Below the pieces are notes generated by a model, which was not told the DNA's origin, made no database searches, and saw only the letters and a list, made by a program, of their open reading frames with translations. The position numbers were made by a program, and so were the translations under genes. From Octopus sinensis (taxonomy: Eukaryota), in the NCBI RefSeq assembly GCF_006345805.1, contig NC_043022.1:4774001-4838000 (forward strand): a DNA stretch of 64,000 bases. The letters are read 5' to 3'. Positions 23,056 to 36,147 of this stretch are shown here, one piece after another (the stretch's first letter is position 1; each line of letters opens with the position of its first letter).

Positions 23056-23273
23056 CAAAATGTATAGTATTGAATATCCATCATGGCTCACATTAGCAAT
23101 TGGTTTCACATAAAGAATACAACGGAGTGTTAGGTAACAAGTTGTCCATATCAACTAACTCTGATGAGTATAAAGTTATATAATCGGCTTGTTACCTAAT
23201 CCTCCATTGTATTTTTTACACGAAACCGATTGGTATGATCAGCCCTGATGGATATTTAATATTATACATTTTG
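23056..23273. mobile_element. Foldback element (~85-bp imperfect arms) with a hammerhead-like core
   Basis: 23056-23141 is complementary to 23188-23273. CTGATGA-GTATAAAG...TTTTACAC-GAAA-CCGATTGG-TA lies at 23161-23235, but stem I pairs poorly. Confidence 0.55.
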
Positions 23274-23326
23274 TATAATATATATATACATATATGTATA
23301 TATACACATACACACGCACTTATGTG

Positions 23327-23360
<34 letters not shown>

Positions 23361-23371
23361 GTGTGTATATA

Positions 23372-23429
<58 letters not shown>

Positions 23430-24017
23430 AGTAAATATAAAAATTCAAGAATAGCATTTAACTATAATTTTGTCTTTCAGTTCTTTGGAAACATGAATAT
23501 GTATATACAATATTTGAAAACATGAATAGAAATAGCTTTTCTGATAATTTTTTTTTCCACTGCAAAAATTATATATACATATATATACATGCATACATAT
23601 ATATATATATATAATTATATATAATAAATAATATTTTAAGTATGTATGTATGTCATATAAATATATATATATAGTATATATATATTAAATATTTTATTTA
23701 TGTATATATATATATTATATATATATATATACATACATATACACATGTATATATACATACATATACACTCGCTCTTTTCTGTAATATTAATACATGTGTG
23801 TGTAACACATAGTTACTACATGTGTATGTTTTGTTCCAACACTTTCTAATGCTTTGGAATAAATAGACACACTGGAACGTCTACCGGATGATGTACGTCA
23901 TTTTGTATCCTCTCCACTTGTTTATTTGCCATAGGTAAATATATATATACATATATATATATATAAATATAAGCTCTGTAGCTATATTTGCTATCCATCC
24001 ATGTGTGTGTGTATATA

Positions 24018-24437
24018 TACTCTCACTCTTTTACTTGTTTCAATCATTTGACTGCGGCCATGCTGGAGCACCACTTTTAGTCGAGCAAATCGACCCCGGG
24101 ACTTATTCTTTGTAAGCCCAGTACTTATTCTATCAGTCTCTTTTTGCTGAACCGCTAAGTGAAGTGACGGGGACGTAAACACACCAGCATCGGTTGTCAA
24201 GTGATGGTGGGGGGGCAAATACAGACACACAAACATATACACACACATACATATATATATATATATACATATATACGACAGGCTTCTTTCAGTTTCCGTT
24301 ACCAAATCCACTCACAAGGCATTGGTCCGGCCTGAGGCTATAGCAGAAGACACTTGTCCAAGATGCCATGCAGTGGGAGTGAACCCGGAACTGTGTGGTT
24401 GGTAAGCAAGCCTACTTACCACACAGCCACTCCTGTG

Positions 24438-24440
<3 letters not shown>
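24018..24440 (-). mobile_element. SINE family A
   Basis: Full-length copy. A ~40-bp imperfect direct repeat (AAGCTCT...TTGCTATCCATCCAT) lies on both sides. Confidence 0.88.
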
Positions 24441-24501
<61 letters not shown>

Positions 24502-25247
24502 TATATTATATATATAAGCTCTAGACTAATTTGCTATCCATCCATATGTGTGTGTATGTATATATATATATATATATATATCCACATGCATATATATTTA
24601 TATGTATATATGCAAATATATGCACATATATGCATGTATATGTAAATATACACCCACACATATTAAGGGCTGGGGACTTTGTGTTCGTAACAGTTGGAAG
24701 GCATCATGTCTGATAAAAGTTTTACAAACATACCAACCGTGATGATTGCTGTATACACACACACACACACACACACACCACACACATGTATAAATACAGT
24801 TGTGTTTGTGTGGGTGGTAGTTTGCATTTAATTGTGTGGTTTATGCGAGTGTATGCGTAGTAGTGATTAGAGCATTGAGTCTCTACGAACATTTTATGCG
24901 AGCCACCCCGGGGTGGACTTGCACGATTCCAACCCAACCCACCTCCAGCTAGCCTCGGTGAACGGGGTGGAGGTGGGAACGGGAGGTAGGGGTGGGGAAC
25001 AAAAACGTTGAGGGTAACAACGACACCAGGAACACCTGTAGTAACATCACTGCCACCACCATCACTACCACTGCAACCACCGCTGCCACCACCACGACCA
25101 GCACCACCACCACTACCACCACTTGCAAGCGTAGTGACAAAATAAACCCATTCTGTTGTCGGGAACAACAGAATATCTGGCATATACAACAACAACAACA
25201 GTCTCATATCTGTGTGTTTATGTGTGTGTGCTTGTGTGTATATACTT

Positions 25248-25480
25248 ATATAATAATAATAATCATAATAATAATGAAATAATAATAATAATAATAATAA
25301 TAATATAATAAAAAATAATAATAATAAAAAATAATAATAATAGTAATCATGTGCTGCTATAGCAAAAATAATACAGTTTTATACCTATGCACGTATGTAT
25401 ATATATATGTGTGTGTGTGAATGTACATTTGTGTAACAATGATGATGATGATGATGATGATGATAATAATAATAATGTTT

Positions 25481-25516
<36 letters not shown>

Positions 25517-25522
25517 GTAATA

Positions 25523-25555
<33 letters not shown>

Positions 25556-25693
25556 GTAATAATGGTAATAATAATAATAATAATAATGGTAATAATAATA
25601 ATAATAATAATAATAGTAATAATGGTAATAATAATAATAATAATAAAATAGTAATAATGGTATAATAATAATATAATAATAATAATAGTAATA

Positions 25694-25726
<33 letters not shown>

Positions 25727-25759
25727 GTAATAATGGTAATAATAATAATAATAGTAATA

Positions 25760-25795
<36 letters not shown>

Positions 25796-25822
25796 GTAAT
25801 AATGGTAATAATAATAATAAAT
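25248..25822. repeat. (AAT)n microsatellite field with AGT/GGT interruptions
   Basis: Seen directly in the sequence. Confidence 0.95.
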
Positions 25823-27045
25823 GGTAACATCAGTTCAGCGGGAAGCCTAAAAGTTATCGTCAACAAAGAGTCACCAATTTGAACAATTCAAACAGAATCA
25901 CGTTGATGTTTTTTCTTCGGAAAAAGTAACAAAAAATAAATGTATAAATAAAAAGAAATATAAAAAAAATAAGGGAAAAAATAATTGGTGAAAATGGCAG
26001 CACTGCAATATTGGTAAAGAATAATTTTTGCAGACACACAGACTTGTAGCATAGAGATTACTGCTTCTTTCTTTGGTAGAGAACAAAAATATATATAAAA
26101 AAAAAAAAAAAAAAAAAAAAAACGAAGAAAGATCTTATTATTTTTTTTTTTTCCCGAGAACGATGATTTCTTTAGAAAAAACAATTCTTTGGTGCGTATT
26201 GAAGTTTATTGTTGCCAACGAGTGTTGTAGAGACTCCAAGGACAAATAACAACTGTAGTCAGAGTTATGTTGTTGATGACAATATCCTAAGATAATACAT
26301 ACATAAATATATATATTTGTATATACATGTGTGTGTGTGTGTGTGTATATATATATACACATATATAAATTGGTATATATACATATATATATGTATGTGT
26401 ATAGGTTTCTTTTTTCTTTGTTCAAGCAAAAAGTTGTATATTTTTATAATAAAGTTAGAAGTCAACAATTGTCAATAGAATAATAGTGAAAGAAAGTGTT
26501 TTAGACTTAAAACCCTCAAAAATCACAGTTCCAATTTTAGCAGAAATGACTTTAGGCGCCATTCTACTTGAGTCTGTACAAATAACATTTCATTGTTTCC
26601 TTTTCCGTTTCCTCACCTGACTTTATGCACCACCATCCATCGCCTGCACGAACAGTAACTTATCTTCCTAATATACCCCAATACCTCACTTGCTATCACT
26701 TATATATAAAAACATTGAAAGTATGTCGCCTTACAAACATAAGATCGTGGGTTTGGTTCCTGCACCATCACCCAAATGATTTTAGTCAAGTGCCTTCTAC
26801 TATAGATTCAGGCCAACCAAAACCTTGTTGGTGTATTTGGTGGATGGAAACTGAAAGAAACCATGCCACATTAGACTGAAAACTGGTGCAACCTTTCACC
26901 TTGCCAGCCCTGGTCAAACTGTCCAACCCATGTCAGCATAGAGAAGGGACATTAAATGATGATAATGATGATATATATATGTGTGTGTGTATATATATAC
27001 AGGGTATGATGAATAAATCAACACCATTTTGTGTGTGTATATATA

Positions 27046-27088
<43 letters not shown>

Positions 27089-27600
27089 TATGTATGTTTG
27101 TATGTATGTATATGTATATATATATATACACAAGTGTTGGTTATTGTGTGGCAATTGCACATATATACATGTATGTATGTATGTACATATCTATGTGTGC
27201 ATGTCCTTGTGTCTGTGTTTGTCCTCTCATCACTGCTTGACAACCAGTGTTGGTGTATTTACATCCCGGTAACTTAGTGGTTTGGCAAAAGAGATTGATA
27301 GAGTAAGTATTAGGCTTCAAAAGAAAAATGTCCTGGAGTCAATTTCTTTGACTAAAATCCTTCAAGGTGGTGCTCCAGCATGGTCACAGTCAAATGACTG
27401 AAACAAATAAAAGAATAATGGGTAAGTAGCTTGCTTACCAACCACATGGTTCCGGGTTCAGTCCCACAGCATGGAACCTTGAGCAAGTGTCTTCTACTAT
27501 AGCCTTTGCCCAACCAAAGCCTTGTGAGTGGATGTGGTAAATGGAAACTGAAAGAAGCCCATCGTATATATATATATATATATAATATATATATATATAT

Positions 27601-27995
27601 TATGTAAAATATACAAACTGGGACAAGAATGCAAAACATTTAGAAGACGATACAAGAACACGGACGGGACATTCGAAGCCTTCAATATTCAGTCAAGAAC
27701 CGGATCATCCTCGCAATTTCGGCTGATTAATCTTGAGATTGCTCCAATCTGGCCAGCCCCAAGGAAATTCTAAGCTAAGTGCATTAGATTCCTTGGAAGA
27801 AAGCCTTGAATGTATACAAAACAAAGACGGAAAAACGGACGTTGTTACACGAATATGAATACAAAAATATGTAAAAACAATAATGATAATAATAATAACA
27901 AAAACAGGACGTCACAAACAGGCGTCTTTCGACAGGACGAGTAAACTTGAGCTGGTGTGTTAGAAAAATGCCTTAGGGCAGAGAGAGAAAAAAAT
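27601..27995. mobile_element. Unclassified ~390-bp (TA)n-embedded element
   Basis: CpG-retaining non-SINE sequence bounded by (TA)n on both sides, with a structured segment at 27708-27765. Confidence 0.4.
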
Positions 27996-28007
27996 ATTAT
28001 ATATATA

Positions 28008-28640
28008 GGAGGAGTGGCTGTGTGGTAAGTAGCTTGCTAACCAACCACATGGTTCCGGGTTCAGTCCCACTGCGTGGCATCTTGGGCAAGTGTCTTCTGC
28101 TACAGCCTCGAGCCGACCAATGCCTTGTGAGTGGATTTGGTAGACGGAAACTGAAAGAAGCCCGTCGTATATATATATATGTGTATGTGTGCGTGTATGT
28201 TTGTGTGTCTGTGTTTGTCCCCCTAGTATTGCTTGACAACCGATGTTTATGTCCCCGTCACTTAGCGGTTCGGCAAAAGAGACCGATAGAATAAGTACTG
28301 GGCTTATAAAGAATAAGTCCCGGGGTCGATGTGCTCGACTAAAGGCGGTGCTCCAGCATGGCCGCATTCAAATGACTGAAACAAGTAAAAGAGAGAGTAA
28401 AAAGAGTAAATATATATATGTATGTGTGTGTCTTTGTGTCTGTGTTTGTCCCCGCACCATCGCTTGGAAACCGATGTCGGTGTTTTTACATCCCTGTAAC
28501 TTAGCAGTTTGGCAAAAGAGATCGATAGAATAAGTACCGGGCTTACAAAGAATTAAGTCCTGTGATTGATTTGTTCAACTAAAATCCTTCAAGGCTGTGC
28601 TCCAGCATGGCCGCGGTCAAATGACTGAAACAAGTAAAAA
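28008..28640 (+). mobile_element. SINE family A plus an extra 3' half
   Basis: Full copy at 28008-28410 followed by a second tail half. Confidence 0.85.
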
Positions 28641-28978
28641 AAAAAAAAAGAATAATAATTATGATCGTTATTATTGTTATTAATTCATCTGTGAGTAACA
28701 ATAAAGCCGGCATCTACGCTGTCATCGATCTCAGGCGTGTGCCACCCTCGCAACAATTTGGCAACGTTCAATATGGTTTATGAATAATTACAAGACGTGA
28801 TAATGGTGTTGTAACTCCAGCCAACTGGAATATGAATATTTTATGTGGTACCACAGCAGCATTTTTTCTTTTACCTGGAATCTTGCCCAAAGCTATTTCA
28901 GGATAACCCATGGTGGTTCCTATGGAGACAGCTCGTTGCTGTGGTTATTGTTGTTGTTGTCATGTAATGTGGTGTTAA

Positions 28979-29385
28979 GGCGGCGAGCTGGCAGAAACGT
29001 TAGCACGCCGGGCGAAATGCGTAGCTGTATTTCATCTGCCGCTACGTTCTGATTTCAAATTCCGCCGAGGTCGACTTTGCCTTTCATCCTTTCGGGGTCG
29101 ATTAAATAAGTACCAGTTATGCACTGGGGTCGATATAATCGACTTAATCCGTGTGTTTGTCCTCTCTGTGTTTAGCCCCTTGTGGGTAGCAAAGAAATAG
29201 GTATTTCGTCTGCCGTTACGTTCTGAGTTCAAATTCCGCCGAGGTCGACTTTGCCTTTCATCCTTTCGGGGTCGATTAAATAAGTACCAGTTACGCACTG
29301 GGGTCGATATAATCGACTTAATCCATTTGTCTGTCCCTGTTTGTCCCCTCTGTGTTTAGCCCCTTGTGGGTAGTAAAGAAATAGT
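28979..29385 (+). mobile_element. SINE family B, dimeric form
   Basis: Same dimer junction AAAGAAATAG/GTATTTCGTCTG as at 18783. Confidence 0.88.
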
Positions 29386-29449
29386 GGTGTCTACTCTTGG
29401 ATGTTTGGAAAGACTCTACACTACAAAGTACTTTCAAATGTTTAACAAG

Positions 29450-30205
29450 GCTTGCTTACCAACCACATGGTTCTGGGTTCAGTCCCACTGTGTGCCAACT
29501 TGCGCAAGTGTCTGCTACTATAGCCTCAGGCTGACCAAAGCAGTGTGAGTGGATTTAGCAAATGAAAACTGAATAGAAGCCCACTATGTGTGTGTATGTG
29601 TGTGTGTGTGTGAGTGTTTGTTATAATGTGACTGTGTGGTAAGAAGTTCGCTTCCCAACCACATGGTTCCAGGTTCAGTCTCACTGCATGTCACCTTGGG
29701 CTTGTGCCTTCTACTATAGCCCCAGGCTGACCAAAGCTGTGTGAGTGGATTTAGCAAATGGAAACTGAATAGAAGCCCACTATGTGTGTGAGTGTGTGTT
29801 ATAATGTGACTGTGTGGTAAGAATTGCTTTCCAACCGCATGGTTCCAGGTTCAGTCCCACTGAGTGGCACCTTGGGCAAGTGTCTTCTGCTATAGCCTTG
29901 GGCCAACCAAAGCCTTGGGAGTGGATTTGGTAGACAGAAAATAAAAGAAGCCTGTCAAATACATATGTATATGTGTGTTTCTTTGTGTCTGTGTCTGTCC
30001 CATCACCACCGTTTGACAACCAGTGTTGGTGTGTTTACATCCCATGTAACTTAGCAGTTCAGCAAAAGAGACCAATAGAATAAGTACTAGGCTTAACAAA
30101 TAAGTCCTGGGGTCGATTTGTTCAACTGAAACTCGTCAAAGTGGTGCTCTAGCATGGCCACATTCAAATGACTGAAACAAGTAAAAGAATGACAGAATAA
30201 AAGAA
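29450..30205 (+). mobile_element. SINE family A: tandemly repeated heads followed by a full copy
   Basis: Three head segments start at ~29450, ~29626 and ~29805. Confidence 0.8.
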
Positions 30206-30389
30206 TGAAAGGTGCTTGGTTTAGTGGTGAAGGTATTTAGCTTACAATCATGAGGCTATAGTAGAAGAAACTTGCCCAAGGTGCCACACAGTGGGACTGA
30301 ACCTGGAACCATGTGGTTTGTAAGCAAGCTACATACCACACAGCCACTCCTACGCCTATGCACACATATATACACAAACGCATACAGAA

Positions 30390-30800
30390 ACCCAGTTGAC
30401 CCTGTACAGACTCAAGACAGACCCACAATGGAATACTGCTCCCCCCTCCAGGGATGGTGTTGTTGCTACTTCCATATAGACTGGCAGCCTAGATTGCATC
30501 AAAAGGGGAAACCATGAAAATGACTGGTAAAGGGCCACTCATCAACCTTTGACCCTCAGATCTGTTATGTCTCCTCACTCTCTCCTTTCTACCACTACTA
30601 CACTGGCTTCTGTTCTTCAGAACTATTTAACTCCATATCCATACCCGCCAATCCCACTTGACATACCCACCACCTCTCCTTCCCTTCTCACCCATACTCT
30701 CCTCCCTTTATTACCTCAAATTAATCACTATACCCAATCCTTCTTTCCTAGAATGCCACCCCACCGTAGCCCACTCCCTGTCCATTCTGTCAACTTCAAT
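30390..30800 (+). mobile_element. Highly decayed Jockey/CR1-group LINE 3' fragment
   Basis: LTLY..Q.RPTMEYCSPL and NHYTQSFFPR motifs across frames. Confidence 0.5.
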
Positions 30801-31181
30801 TTCAGCAGTAACCTTGTGGCTGTCACCAATATTGAAGGGCCAGCCAAAACTTCTGGGTCCTTTTTTACCAGCTAAACAATAATTTAATCTCCCCACCTCC
30901 AAACTGCCCCATAAGGAGCATCTCGGTGTTGTGTGGAGATTTTTTAATATAATTAAAGGTTTTAGTAAAATCAAAATCTCTAGCTGTAGGCATGCACACA
31001 CCAGCTACATCAATTATGGTTTCCACAGTCACAGAGAATGAAAATCTTGATTTTCTTCTTCCAATTTTTGCATAAATCTTCCTTGGGTTTTTTCTTCTCA
31101 TTTTTGTAACCCATGTCTTCTTGTAGGCTCGCGTCCTGGTTTTTAAATACATCCAATATTATGAATACGTCTAATATTGAT

Positions 31182-31276
31182 TAATGATACATAGCATGTT
31201 ATATAAATCTGCCAGATTATTGTATCTCTAAAGCATGAAACTTTTAGTAACTCTTTGGTAACTGTGTATATTAAAT

Positions 31277-31318
<42 letters not shown>

Positions 31319-31413
31319 ATTTAATATACACAGTTACCAAAGAGTTACTAAAAGTTTCATGCTTTAGAGATACAATAATCTGGCAGATTTATATAACATG
31401 CCATGTATCATTA
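31182..31413. repeat. Near-perfect 232-bp palindrome centred on (TA)n
   Basis: The ~97-bp unique arms are reverse complements with one visible mismatch (CATAGCATG vs CATGCCATG). Confidence 0.92.
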
Positions 31414-31422
31414 TATATATAT

Positions 31423-31457
<35 letters not shown>

Positions 31458-31570
31458 TAAATTAGAGATAAAACCACTATTAGGCAAATCATACAATGAA
31501 AAACTTAAGCCAATACATAAGATTAATTAATTTATATTATTTTAAATATATATCAAAATTATTAAAAAAG

Positions 31571-31612
<42 letters not shown>

Positions 31613-31735
31613 ATCTAGTGGATCTATCTCTAGACATAACAGACAAATAGATGAAAAAAAAAAAGAGAATAACAGATACATCACGTCTGTCTCCTCCTAA
31701 AAAAAACTCAATATATATATATATTATATATATAT

Positions 31736-31769
<34 letters not shown>

Positions 31770-32802
31770 ATGTGTTGGCAGAAACTACCCACTTTAAAAT
31801 CTTACTGAAAGAAACTATTAGTGTACTGTAGAACAGAAACATCCTTGTGCTGTCAGCAAAGCAAATTATGTTAGCAAAAAGATGGAACAGCTATGGGTTC
31901 TCCCTTAGGACCCAAGTTTGCAACATTCTGCATAACCACTCAACAGAGAATAAAGTGTTACCAAGACATGTAATTATGATGTACAGCGGCTGTACGGATG
32001 ATCTATTCATTGTAACTGACATGGTGGAAGATATGTAGAAATTACAGAAGACCTAGAAAATATATTTCTATGCAAAGCTACAGCATTTGTAATAGTATAA
32101 ATAAAACTCTAAGCGATACAGTGGATCTATCTCTAGACATAAACAGACAAATAGACAAAAAAAATAGAAAGAGAATAACAGATACATCACGTCTGTCTCC
32201 TCCTAAAAAAAACTCAAATAGACATCTGTACTTGTTTGGAGACAATTAATGTCCACACAGACTTTAAAAATGTCGGCAGTGAGATCTCTACTTAGACAAA
32301 TATCTATTTCTCTCTGAGTATTACATCTGACGCTACATCTATTAAAAATACACAAACAACACTTAAAGTGTATTTTACAGCAATCAAATCCAAACTAATT
32401 ATAGAATTGGTAAACACATTAAGAAAAACCTCATAAAACAGATCACAAAATGCTGGACAGCAGACCATAGATACTAATATTCAATAAAGAAATAGTTATT
32501 AGAGACAGAAGCAGTGTAAACACCAAAAGGTAATATTTACTGTATTCCCACTTAAAAGTGGATGTTGTGTTACAACACAGCAGGGATGTGCTGCCTGGGT
32601 GGGCAAGGGTGGCAGTCTCTGTCACGAATGAAGCAGATTGATAGTAACATTTTCCTTTTGTGACAAAATATGAACCTACTCCAATAAAATTATGAAGGTA
32701 ACTCTGATTACGATGCATAAAATGCAAAATATTTTATTGTTTTGTAGATCAGGTAGACATAATTCGCCCCTACCTTTCAATCTCAGTATTTAAGCTACAC
32801 AT

Positions 32803-33128
32803 AGGCGCAGGAGTGGCTGTGTGGTAAGTAGCTTGCTAACCAACCACATGGTTCCGGGTTCAGTCCCACTGCATGGCATCTTGGGCAAGTGTCTTCTGCT
32901 AAAGCCCCGGGCCGACCAATGCCTTGTGAGTGGATTTGGTAGACGGAAACTGAAAGAAGCCTGTCGTATATATATGTATATATATATATGTGTGTGTGTG
33001 TATGTCTGTGTTTGTCCCCCTAGCATTGCTTGACAACCGATGCTGGTGTGTCTACGTCCCTGTCACTTAGCGGTACGGCAAAAGAGGCCGATAGAATAAG
33101 TACTGGGCTTACAAAGAATAAGTCCCGC
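32803..33128 (+). mobile_element. SINE family A, 3'-truncated
   Basis: Matches the family A consensus. Confidence 0.88.
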
Positions 33129-34033
33129 TTATTTTTTTGTGTGTTTTACTTACATAAACATCACCAGCTGCCTACCCTGAGTGATTACTCATGACATGTA
33201 CCTGCAACACAGAACACTGTAATAGTTACCACGGGAGACTCTCTTATACAGGCTTTTGGTGCATATAAGCACTCTTGTTTACATCACTAGCAGGAGATAA
33301 ATCACTTGCCATCGCGACAGCTGAGACAACCAGATCATGTGATTTTGACCTTACTTGGCCTTGTCAGTGGTTGACAACACTTGACCACAGGAGATAGCAG
33401 TGATATCTCTGCCAGTGATATACACAGAATCACAGAGCCTAAACAAGCACTGATACCCTGAATAACCAGTGGGCTTATTAAAAAAATTATTATTAGCAGT
33501 GGTAGAAGCAGTATTAATCCCAGGAGATAATATTTTTCCGCACTTAAAAGTGGGGAAAAATGCCTCTTCTCAATTTGGCTGTAGTTTTTTTGCAGCCACC
33601 AACAATGAATATGAAGCATGAGTGATGGCTTTTAGGCTACCATTTCCATACTTGTATAAAACTACCACTCCTATACCACTTTCACTCGTATCTGATGCTA
33701 CTACTGTTTTAAAATTTGGATCAAAGTGCAATAATGACAGTTCCGATGCTAAAACAGACTATGAGGATTTATCTTCCCAATGTAACTCGTTTTTTTCCCA
33801 AACCTGCTATAATGTTATATATGTCCTTGGTGTGGTAATTGTGCGCGGCTGAAGAAGGCTGTTGACCTACATGTTATATCAATTATGCATTGATATAAAT
33901 TGTTCAATAATGCCAGAAACATATGTACTGCAAAACCCTTTGCATCCTGTTTTTCTTTTGATAAATATATCCTATCACCTACACCACTAGCTGGCATATA
34001 CAGGTGCTTACAGTTATCAAGTATTCACTCTGA

Positions 34034-34093
<60 letters not shown>

Positions 34094-34194
34094 TGGTAAA
34101 ACGGTAAGATAAAAAAAGAAAGAAAGAGACCTCAATATTATGTAAATAGAGGAAATTTATCTATAAAATAATATGTTACATTACTCGATAGTCA

Positions 34195-34257
34195 AGATAA
34201 AACTCTGAGTTTCAGATGCCGAAGTGGAAATCCACAACACCATCTCTTCGGTTATCT
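34195..34257 (-). ncRNA. Hammerhead ribozyme variant (U4-to-C) within a (TA)n-embedded element (34093-34354)
   Basis: AGATAA-CCGAAGA-GATG...CATCt-GAAA-CTCaGAG-TT-TTATCT, with a 6-bp stem I and GUU triplet. The element has a ~38-bp inverted duplication (34167-34204 / 34317-34354). Confidence 0.6.
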
Positions 34258-34379
34258 GGCTATTTGAAAACGCTATGAAAAAATACCGTTATATAAAGGG
34301 AAATTACTGTAATTACAGTTTTATCTTGACTAACGAGTAATGTAACATATTATTGTATATATATATATATATATATATT

Positions 34380-34995
34380 TGAGACCTATTGTGTCCAGTT
34401 CATCAACATCAAAATAAAAATCATATGGATATTGTAGTCGTGATACTCGTGCCGGTGGCACGTAGGGCCTCACAGAGGAAATGACGAAGACCGAGACCTC
34501 TGAGATATGCCGTGACTGTGAAGACCCGACAAATGAAGTGAGTTCATGGCTCGCAGGACGGCCTGCTGTGCTAACCTTGGATCGTAGAGTGACCCTCTGT
34601 TCTTGGGGAGACCTATTGAGCCAAGTATGTCAACACCAACATCAAAATGAAAACCAAATGGAAATTGTAGTTAAGATACCCGTGCCGGTGACATATTAAA
34701 AACACCGCCTGAGTGTGGCAGATGCCAGCACCGCCTGACTGGCGTCCGTGTCGGTGACACATAAAAGCACCAACCGATTGTGGCCATTTGCCAGCCTCCT
34801 CTGGCCCCTGTGCCAGTGGCACATAAAAAGCACCCATTACTCTCACGGAGTGGTTGGCATTAGGAAGGGCATCCAGCTGTAGAAACACTGCCAGATCAGA
34901 TTGGACCTGGTGCAGTCTCCTGGCTTCCCAGACCCCAGTCGAACCGTCCAACCCATGCTACCATGGAAAACGAACGTTAACCGATGATGATGATG
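34380..34995 (+). mobile_element. SINE family C, long version
   Basis: GGAAGGGCATCCAGCTGTAGAAA domain, CGTGCCGGTGGCAC repeats, (TGA)n tail and additional 5' sequence. Confidence 0.75.
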
Positions 34996-35037
34996 TATAT
35001 ACGTACGTACGTACGTATGTATGTATGTATGTATATA

Positions 35038-36147
35038 CAGGGTGCGAAGGCTAAATTGTTGCCATTTAATACTTTTAATTTCATGCATGTGCATTGTTTG
35101 TAGGGTCAGTTGGGCACCCTCTGTGATAAAAACAGCACCATTCACTCGGCCAGAAATTTGGAAACGACATGCTGTACTGCTTGGCATTCGTGGCAGAAGC
35201 TCTAATAGGAAGAGATGGTAAACACAGAATAACCGTTGGCTTGCTGTGTCCCCAAAACATGTACCGAGATGATAAAAATCAAGCATCCAGTCAACATCAT
35301 GGTGCTTGGAGTGATCACTAGTGATGGCGATGTTATGCCTCCATCAATCTTCCCACACGACCTCAGATTCAACACAGAAGCTTACATCAAGTGCCTGGAG
35401 GAGGTAGTGCTGTCCAGGGTCAAGAGGGTGGCTACTGGAAGACCCTATGTCTGGCAATAGGACTCTGCACCTTGCCACACAAGCAGGAGAACCCAGTCAT
35501 GGCTGTCAGACAATTTCTGCAACCACATCACTCCCTAATATCTGGCTACCTAACTCCCCAGACTGCAACCCCCCTCATTATTAAGTGTGGGGTGCAGTTA
35601 AGTGAGAGACCAACAAAACTCCTCGTAACACCAAAGATGAACTGAAGGCAAGGATTATGGCAGCATTCACCAATTTAAACAAGGAGACTGTCCAGAAGAG
35701 TTGCAGGAGATTCCAAAGTCGTCTGGAGGCCATGGTTGAAGCCAATGGCGATTTTAGTGAATAAATTTACTCTTTAGTACTTCAAGAAATTTTTCTATAA
35801 TTTTAGTAAATATCATCATCATCATCATCATCATCGTTTAACATCCGTTCTCCATGCTAGCATGGGTTGGATGGTTCGACCGGGGATCTGGGAAGCCAGA
35901 AGACTGCACCAGGCTCCAGTCTTATCTGGCAATGTTTCTACAGCTGGATGCCCTTCCTAACGCCAACCACTCCGTGAGTGTAGTGGGTGCTTTTTACGTG
36001 CCACCCGCACAGGTGCCAGGCGAGGCTGGCAACGGCCACGGTCGGATTGGTGCAATTTATGTGCCACCGGCACATCTGTTAAAATGAGACATCAGGTTTA
36101 TTTTCATTTTTGTGTAATTTCAACGACAATTTATTCACCGCACCCTG
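35038..36147 (+). mobile_element. Tc1/mariner superfamily transposon (maT/DD37D-like), internally deleted, with a nested SINE C at 35813-36075
   Basis: TA|CAGGGTGCG...TAAATTG / CAATTTATTCACCGCACCCTG|TA TIRs. Protein remnants KHPVNIMVLGVITSDG...YVWQ*DSAPCHTS...IWLPNSPDCNP. Confidence 0.88.

Noticed and set aside
31840-33990. Unique-looking AT-rich sequence with short ORFs
   Set aside because: No recognisable domain or splice pattern. Possibly ancient transposon debris, but it cannot be classified by eye.
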